Shown piece after piece: positions 25,985-32,429 of a stretch of 32,429 bases of DNA. The translations under genes and the position numbers were made by a program. The DNA is from a virus (lineage: Duplodnaviria > Heunggongvirae > Uroviricota > Caudoviricetes), in IMG/VR virus record IMGVR_UViG_2531839528_000015. One strand, written 5' to 3'. The notes under the pieces are model-generated. The model was not told the DNA's origin and ran no database searches. It saw only the letters and a program-made list of their open reading frames with translations. Numbering within the stretch: the first letter of the stretch is position 1; every line of letters begins with the position of its first letter.

Positions 25985-26063
25985 TCGCCCAACACTGACA
26001 AATAGCCCCTCAACAGACCAGCCAGGACAATAACACTTGCCCACTAACCACGGAGTTAACCGG

Positions 26064-27242
26064 ATGAGTGATTTTCACCACGGCGTGCAGGTGCTTGAGA
26101 TTAACGACGGCACCCGCGTCATTTCCACTGTTGCAACCGCAATCGTCGGCATGGTCTGTACAGCCAGCGATGCGGATGCGGCAACCTTTCCCCTCAACGA
26201 GCCGGTACTGATTACCAATGTGCAAAGCGCCATTGCGAAAGCCGGTAAAAAAGGCACGCTGGCCGCGTCCCTGCAGGCCATCGCCGACCAGTCAAAACCT
26301 GTCACAGTTGTCGTGCGTGTTGCCGAAGGTACCGGAGAAGACGCCGAAGCGCAGACCATTTCCAATATCATCGGCGGCACGGATGAGAACGGTAAATATA
26401 CCGGCATCAAGGCGCTGTTGACTGCCGAAGCAGTCACCGGCGTTAAGCCGCGCATTCTCGGCGTGCCGGGTCTCGATACCAAAGAGGTCGCAGTCGCACT
26501 TGCTTCGGTCTGTATCAGCCTGCGCGCCTTTGGCTATATCAGCGCATGGGGTTGTAAAACCATTTCCGAGGCGATGGCCTATCGCGAGAATTTCAGCCAG
26601 CGCGAGCTGATGGTCATCTGGCCTGATTTCCTTGCATGGGATACCACCACAAACGCCACCGCACCGGCATACGCAACTGCGCGCGCACTCGGCCTGCGTG
26701 CCTATATCGACCAGACCGTCGGCTGGCACAAAACCCTGTCTAACGTCGGCGTGCAGGGTGTTACCGGCATCAGTGCGTCAGTGTTTTGGGATTTGCAGGC
26801 ATCCGGCACCGATGCTGATCTGCTCAACGAGGCCGGGGTCACGACACTGGTGCGTAAGGATGGCTTCCGCTTTTGGGGTAACCGCACCTGCTCTGATGAC
26901 CCGCTTTTCCTGTTTGAGAACTACACCCGCACCGCGCAGGTGCTGGCCGACACGATGGCCGAGGCGCACATGTGGGCGGTCGATAAGCCCATCACCGCAT
27001 CACTTATCCGTGACATTGTCGACGGCATTAACGCCAAATTCCGCGAGCTGAAATCAAACGGCTACATCGTGGACGGTGAATGCTGGTTCGACGAGGAATC
27101 GAACGATAAGGAAACCCTCAAGGCCGGGAAACTGTATATCGACTACGACTATACACCGGTTCCACCACTGGAAAGCCTGACCCTGCGCCAGCGTATCACC
27201 GATAAATATCTGGTGAATCTGGCCGAATCGGTCAACAGCTAA
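26064..27242 (+). CDS. FI: Tail sheath protein (P2 gpFI-like)
   Basis: Start moved to ATG 26064 with GGAG at 26052-26055. Product begins MSDFHHGVQVLEINDGTRVISTVATAIVGMV. Confidence 0.9.
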   Translation: MSDFHHGVQVLEINDGTRVISTVATAIVGMVCTASDADAATFPLNEPVLITNVQSAIAKAGKKGTLAASLQAIADQSKPVTVVVRVAEGTGEDAEAQTISNIIGGTDENGKYTGIKALLTAEAVTGVKPRILGVPGLDTKEVAVALASVCISLRAFGYISAWGCKTISEAMAYRENFSQRELMVIWPDFLAWDTTTNATAPAYATARALGLRAYIDQTVGWHKTLSNVGVQGVTGISASVFWDLQASGTDADLLNEAGVTTLVRKDGFRFWGNRTCSDDPLFLFENYTRTAQVLADTMAEAHMWAVDKPITASLIRDIVDGINAKFRELKSNGYIVDGECWFDEESNDKETLKAGKLYIDYDYTPVPPLESLTLRQRITDKYLVNLAESVNS

Positions 27243-27257
27243 GGAGCCTGAAACAAC

Positions 27258-27776
27258 ATGGCACTACCCCGCAAACTTAAATATCTGAACATGTTCAATG
27301 ACGGCCTTAGCTACATGGGCGTTGTTGAATCCGTGACGCTGCCGAAGCTGACCCGCAAGCTCGAAAACTATCGCGGCGGCGGCATGAATGGCGCGGCGGC
27401 GATTGACCTTGGTCTCGACGATGATGCGCTCACCGTCGAATGGTCTGTCGGTGGCCTGCCTGATGTGGCGCTGTGGGCGCAGTACGCCGCGCCGGGTGCT
27501 GACGCTGTGCCGTTGCGTTTTGCTGGCTCTTACCAACGTGACGACACTGGCGAAATCGTGGCGGTCGAGGTGGTCATGCGTGGCCGTCATAAAGAAATCG
27601 ACGGCGGCGAGAATAAGCAGGGTGAAAACACCTCGACCAAACTGTCGACCGTATGCACCTATTACCGCCTCACGATTGATGGTAGCGACGTCATCGAAAT
27701 CGATACCGTCAACATGGTTGAGAAGGTGAACGGCGTCGACCGTCTGGAACAGCACCGCCGCGCAATCGGGCTGTAA
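27258..27776 (+). CDS. FII: Tail tube protein (P2 gpFII-like)
   Basis: 172 aa, AAGGAG upstream, begins MALPRKLKYLNMFNDG. Confidence 0.9.
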   Translation: MALPRKLKYLNMFNDGLSYMGVVESVTLPKLTRKLENYRGGGMNGAAAIDLGLDDDALTVEWSVGGLPDVALWAQYAAPGADAVPLRFAGSYQRDDTGEIVAVEVVMRGRHKEIDGGENKQGENTSTKLSTVCTYYRLTIDGSDVIEIDTVNMVEKVNGVDRLEQHRRAIGL

Positions 27777-27839
27777 TTCCCTGACCGGTCAGCACTGCTG
27801 GCCTGTTATTAATCCCCATTCAGAGCAGAGAAAAACATC

Positions 27840-28175
27840 ATGGCAAAAGCACCACGTAAAACCGCTGAATTTGTTGATATGGCTGGCAATGAAACTGACA
27901 CCGTAAACCCGAACGTCGTGACCCTCGACAAGCCGATTAAGCGCGCCGGTCAGACGATTGATAAAGTCACACTGATTGAGCCGAACGCCGGTACCCTGCG
28001 CGGTGTCAGTCTGGCAGCGGTGGCGCAGTCCGAAGTCGATGCGCTGATTAAGGTATTGCCACGCATGACCTACCCCGCGCTTACGGCGCAGGAGCTTACC
28101 GCAATGAACCTGCCCGATATGCTGTCGCTGGCCGCTAAGGTGATTGGTTTTTTGTCACCGGCTTCGGCGGAGTAG
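27840..28175 (+). CDS. E: Tail assembly chaperone E
   Basis: 111 aa ending ...KVIGFLSPASAE. The slippery T-run lies near the 3' end. Confidence 0.85.
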   Translation: MAKAPRKTAEFVDMAGNETDTVNPNVVTLDKPIKRAGQTIDKVTLIEPNAGTLRGVSLAAVAQSEVDALIKVLPRMTYPALTAQELTAMNLPDMLSLAAKVIGFLSPASAE

Positions 28176-28327
28176 ATTTCCCGCCCGACCTGTCGACCGA
28201 TGACCTGATGGCGGATATCGCGGTGATATTCCACTGGCCGCTATCAGAGCTCTATTCCCTGAGCCTGACCGAGCTCATCACATGGCGCGAAAAGGCGCTG
28301 CAGCGTAGCGGACACCACAATGAGTAA
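27840..28327 (+). CDS. Tail assembly chaperone E+E' (programmed -1 frameshift product)
   Basis: Slippery heptamer TTTTTTG at 28148-28154. The -1 frame is open for 58 codons (VTGFGGVDFPPDLSTDDLMADIAVIFHWPLSELYSLSLTELITWREKALQRSGHHNE) and ends at TAA 28325-28327, overlapping the T start. Confidence 0.65.
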
Positions 28328-30764
28328 TAACCTGAGACTTGAGGTTTTGCTGAAAGCGGTCGACCAGGCGACCCGACCGCTTAAATCCATCCAGACCGCG
28401 AGTAAAACCCTGTCGGGCGATATTCGCGACACACAAAAAGGGCTGCGTGACCTGAACGGGCAGGCCGCGAAAATCGACGGCTTTCGCAAAACCAGCGCTC
28501 AACTGGCCGTAACCGGCCAGTCGCTGGAGAAGGCAAAGCGCGAGGCTGAAGCGCTTGCCACGCAATTCAAAAATACTGAGCGCCCGACGCGAGCGCAGGC
28601 ACAGGTGCTCGAATCCGCAAAACGTGCCGCCGAGGGGCTGCAGGTTAAATACAACAGCCTCACCGAGTCGGTTAAACGCCAACAACGCGAGCTGGGTGCC
28701 GCCGGTATCAATACCCGCAATCTGGCAAACGATGAGCGGGGGCTTAAAACACGCATCAGCGAGACGACGGCGCAGCTCAACCGGCAGCGTGAAGCATTGG
28801 CGAAGGTCAGCGCACAGCAGGCGCACCTAAACCGAGTGAAAGAGCGATATAAATCGGGTAAGGAGCTTGCCGGTAACATGGCCGCTGCAGGTGCTGCCGG
28901 GGTCGGTATTGCGACAGCGGGAACGATGGCCGGGGTTAAATTGCTGATACCCGGTTATGACTTTGCGCAAAAAAACTCCGAGCTGCAGGCTGTGCTCGGG
29001 GTCGATAAGCAGTCGCCAGAAATGCAGTCGTTACGCAAACAGGCGCGCCAGCTCGGTGACAATACAGCCGCTTCTGCTGATGATGCAGCCAGTGCGCAGA
29101 TTATTATCGCCAAAGGGGGCGGCGATGCGGCAGCCATTCAGGCGACGACACCGGTCACCCTCAATATGGCGCTTGCCAACCGTCGCACGATGGAAGAAAA
29201 CGCCGCATTACTGATGGGGATGCGCTCTGCGTTTCAGCTTTCCAATGACAAGGTGGCGCACATTGGCGACGTTCTGTCGACGGTGATGAATAAAACTGCT
29301 GCCGATTTCGACGGGCTGAGCGATGCGCTGACCTACGCCGCGCCGGTGGCGAAAAATGCCGGTGTCAGCATTGAAGAAACTGCCGCAATGGTGGGCGCCC
29401 TGCATGACGCCAAAATCACCGGCTCGATGGCCGGCACCGGGAGCCGTGCGGTTTTAAGCCGCCTGCAGGCTCCGACCGGTAAAGCGTGGGATGCGCTTAA
29501 GGAGCTGGGTGTCAAAACTTCCGACAGTAAAGGCAACACGCGCCCGATTTTTACCATCCTCAAGGAAATGCAGGCCAGTTTTGAGCGTAACAATCTCGGC
29601 ACCGGTCAACAAGCCGAATACATGAAAACGATATTCGGTGAGGAAGCCAGTTCGGCGGCGGCGGTGCTCATGACTGCCGCCTCAACCGGCAAACTTGACC
29701 AGCTAACCTCCACCCTGAAAGCCTCAGACGGAAAAACCGCAGAGCTTGTTAAAATTATGCAGGACAACCTCGGCGGTGATTTTAAAGAGTTCCAGTCTGC
29801 TTATGAGGCTGTCGGTACCGACCTTTTTGACCAGCAAGAGGGCTCGCTGCGCAAACTCACCCAAACCGCCACACAATACGTGTTGAAGCTCGACGGCTGG
29901 ATCCAGAAAAACAAAGGGCTGACGACAACTATCGGGATTATTGCCGGTGGTGCGCTGGCGCTGATTGGTATCATCGGCGGCATTGGTCTCGTTGCGTGGC
30001 CGGTTGTCATGGGGATTAATGCCATTATCGCCGCTGCTGGCATGCTGGGTACGGTCTTTACTGTCGTCGGTAGTGCCATTGCGACAGCGCTCGGTGCGAT
30101 TACCTGGCCGATAGTGGCCGTCGGTGCGGCGATTGTGGCGGGGGCGCTACTCATCCGTAAATATTGGGAGCCCATCAGCGCATTTTTCTCGGGAGTGATT
30201 GAGGGCATCATGAGTGCCTTTGCCCCAGTCGGGGAAATGTTCGCTCCACTGGCTCCCATTTTTGATGGTCTCGGCGAGAAACTGCGCGGCGTCTGGCAGT
30301 GGTTTAAAGACCTGATAGCACCGGTTAAGGCCACGCAGGAAACGCTTGATAGCTGCAAAAATGTCGGCGTCATATTTGGTCAGGCACTGGCCTCTGCCTT
30401 GATGGCTCCGCTCAATGTTTTTAACAAGCTGCGCAGCGGTGTCGACTGGCTTCTCGAAAAGCTCGGCATCATCAACAAAGAGTCGGACAGCCTCGACCAG
30501 ACCGCCGCCAAAACCAATGCCGCCACACAGGGTAATTCCTACATCCCGGCAACCAGCACATATGGCGGCTATCAGGCTTATCAGCCAGTTACCGCACCGG
30601 CGGGGCGCTCTTACATTGACCAGAGCAAAAGCGAATACAACATCAATCTGCCGGGAGGTGTTGCGCAGGGGCATCAGCTTGACAGACAACTACGCGACAC
30701 GCTCGAACAGATTGAGCGCGATAAACGCGCCCGCCAGCGTGCCAACATGACCCACGACTATTGA
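28320..30764 (+). CDS. T: Tail tape measure protein (P2 gpT-like)
   Basis: 814 aa with a coiled-coil-like N-terminal half and Gly/Ala-rich hydrophobic segments. Confidence 0.9.
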   Translation: MSNNLRLEVLLKAVDQATRPLKSIQTASKTLSGDIRDTQKGLRDLNGQAAKIDGFRKTSAQLAVTGQSLEKAKREAEALATQFKNTERPTRAQAQVLESAKRAAEGLQVKYNSLTESVKRQQRELGAAGINTRNLANDERGLKTRISETTAQLNRQREALAKVSAQQAHLNRVKERYKSGKELAGNMAAAGAAGVGIATAGTMAGVKLLIPGYDFAQKNSELQAVLGVDKQSPEMQSLRKQARQLGDNTAASADDAASAQIIIAKGGGDAAAIQATTPVTLNMALANRRTMEENAALLMGMRSAFQLSNDKVAHIGDVLSTVMNKTAADFDGLSDALTYAAPVAKNAGVSIEETAAMVGALHDAKITGSMAGTGSRAVLSRLQAPTGKAWDALKELGVKTSDSKGNTRPIFTILKEMQASFERNNLGTGQQAEYMKTIFGEEASSAAAVLMTAASTGKLDQLTSTLKASDGKTAELVKIMQDNLGGDFKEFQSAYEAVGTDLFDQQEGSLRKLTQTATQYVLKLDGWIQKNKGLTTTIGIIAGGALALIGIIGGIGLVAWPVVMGINAIIAAAGMLGTVFTVVGSAIATALGAITWPIVAVGAAIVAGALLIRKYWEPISAFFSGVIEGIMSAFAPVGEMFAPLAPIFDGLGEKLRGVWQWFKDLIAPVKATQETLDSCKNVGVIFGQALASALMAPLNVFNKLRSGVDWLLEKLGIINKESDSLDQTAAKTNAATQGNSYIPATSTYGGYQAYQPVTAPAGRSYIDQSKSEYNINLPGGVAQGHQLDRQLRDTLEQIERDKRARQRANMTHDY

Positions 30765-30777
30765 GGGGGATTAAACG

Positions 30778-31263
30778 ATGATGCTTGCTCTCGGAATGTT
30801 TGTGTTTGAACTTCGCACCCTGCCTTACCAGTCGATGCAGCATTCGAAAGATTATCGCTGGGTATCCAATGACCGGGTGGGTAAACCACCTGCCTATCAG
30901 TTTCTTGGCGAGGGGGAAACTTCGATACAGCTTGCTGGTACGCTATACCCCGCTATCACTGGCGGTTGGATCTCACTAAAGGCTGTAGAGGTGATGGCCA
31001 ATGAAGGCAGAGCGTGGCCGTTGATAGAGGGAACCGGAAATATCCTCGGGATGTATATCGTCGATAAAGTATCGACTACACGCACCGAGTTTTTCAGTGA
31101 TGGTGCGGCCAGAAAGATTGATTTCACGCTTTCGCTAAAACGGGTTGATGAATCGCTGACAGAGATGTTTGGTGACATGAATAAACAGGCCAGTGAGCTT
31201 CTCGGCTCTGCCGGTAATTTGACAGATAAACTGCAGGGTATGCCCGGAGGTTTCACTGAATGA
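30778..31263 (+). CDS. U: Tail protein (P2 gpU-like)
   Basis: 161 aa, between T and D. Confidence 0.85.
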   Translation: MMLALGMFVFELRTLPYQSMQHSKDYRWVSNDRVGKPPAYQFLGEGETSIQLAGTLYPAITGGWISLKAVEVMANEGRAWPLIEGTGNILGMYIVDKVSTTRTEFFSDGAARKIDFTLSLKRVDESLTEMFGDMNKQASELLGSAGNLTDKLQGMPGGFTE

Positions 31264-32429
31264 TAACGGGGATGGCAATTGACGCCGGTGCCAGCCTTGC
31301 ACCGGCTTTTATGCTGACGCTGAACAGTCAGGACATTACCAGCAACTTCAGCGACCGGCTGATTTCTCTTACCATGACGGACAATAGGGGCTTTGAAGCT
31401 GACCAGCTCGACATTGAGCTCGATGACACCGATGGGAAAGTCGAGTTACCCCTGCGCGGGGCAGTGCTGACGTTGTGGCTTGGCTGGCAGGGTTCGGCGC
31501 TGTTGAATAAGGGGGATTTTACGGTCGATGAGATTGAGCACCGGGGGGCTCCTGATACCCTGACCATCCGGGCGCGCAGCGCGGACTTTCGCGGCACGCT
31601 AAATTCCAGGCGTGAAGAGTCATGGCACGACACCACCATCGGCGAACTGGTCAGTACCATCGCAAAGCGCAACAAACTGACGGCCAGCATTGCGGAATCG
31701 CTGAAAAAAATCCCGGTACCGCATATCGACCAGTCGCAGGAATCCGACGCGGTATTTTTGAGTCGACTGGCTGACCGCAACGGGGCAACGGTATCGGTGA
31801 AGGCAGGGAAACTGTTGTTTCTGAAAGCCGGTAGTGCGATGACGGCCAGCGGCAAACCCGTCCCGCAAATGACGCTGACCCGCAGTGATGGTGACCGTCA
31901 TCAGTTTGCCATTGCCGACCGTGGGGCTTATACCGGCGTCACTGCTAAATGGTTGCACACCAAAGACCCGAAGCCACAAAAGCAGAAAGTAACGCTGAAA
32001 CGCAAGCCAAAAGAGAAGCACCTGCGCGCACTGGAACACCCAAAAGCAAAGCCGGTCAGCAAAAAGACAAAGATCAAAAAAGAACAGGAAGCACGTGAGG
32101 GTGAGTACATGGCCGGTGAAGCCGATAACGTGCTGGCGCTGACGACGGTCTATGCCTCAAAGGCACAGGCGATGCGCGCCGCTCAGGCTAAGTGGGATAA
32201 ACTGCAGCGAGGCGTTGCGGAGTTTTCAATCACACTGGCGCTAGGGCGAGCGGATTTATTTCCTGAGACGCCTGTACGCGTGTCAGGCTTTAAGCGCGTC
32301 ATAGACGAGCAGGCATGGTTAATCAGCAAGGTGACCCACAACCTCAATAATAACGGTTTCACGACGGGCTTAGAGCTTGAGGTTAAACTCTCCGATGTGG
32401 AGTACAGCTCAGAAGAAAATGAGGAGTGA
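31260..32429 (+). CDS. D: Tail protein D (P2 gpD-like)
   Basis: 389 aa. ATG overlaps the U stop, and the stop codon is the last triplet of the window. Confidence 0.9.
   Translation: MITGMAIDAGASLAPAFMLTLNSQDITSNFSDRLISLTMTDNRGFEADQLDIELDDTDGKVELPLRGAVLTLWLGWQGSALLNKGDFTVDEIEHRGAPDTLTIRARSADFRGTLNSRREESWHDTTIGELVSTIAKRNKLTASIAESLKKIPVPHIDQSQESDAVFLSRLADRNGATVSVKAGKLLFLKAGSAMTASGKPVPQMTLTRSDGDRHQFAIADRGAYTGVTAKWLHTKDPKPQKQKVTLKRKPKEKHLRALEHPKAKPVSKKTKIKKEQEAREGEYMAGEADNVLALTTVYASKAQAMRAAQAKWDKLQRGVAEFSITLALGRADLFPETPVRVSGFKRVIDEQAWLISKVTHNLNNNGFTTGLELEVKLSDVEYSSEENEE

Overview
The window is almost entirely one P2/186-family temperate myovirus prophage of enterobacterial type, running from the integrase end to tail gene D. 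ogr and attR lie beyond the right edge, and attL could not be identified. Gene order: AT-rich accessory gene, int, secreted moron, 186-type CI repressor | Apl/Cox-like, CII, small ORFs, TraR-like, replication protein A, LexA-box SOS module (small ORF plus DinI-like), small cassettes bounded by 65-bp stem-loop repeats, terminator, cos, AT-rich 334-aa cargo gene, Q, P | O N M L X Y K lysB lysC R S, AT-rich pentapeptide-repeat membrane protein, V W J I H Tfa, an inverted Tfa'/Hv' segment with hix-like sites and a decayed invertase, FI FII E/E' T U D. Most worth a second look: (1) three AT-rich single-gene insertions on the strand opposite to the flanking phage operons, which are candidate anti-phage or exclusion genes that I cannot assign to any named system; (2) a Gin/Cin-type tail-fibre inversion switch whose invertase is a frameshifted, truncated remnant; (3) an SOS antirepressor-like module split by an in-frame amber codon; (4) a CI repressor with a tandemly duplicated HTH domain. 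All homology statements are from reading the translations and from memory of P2/186 proteins; no database search was run.
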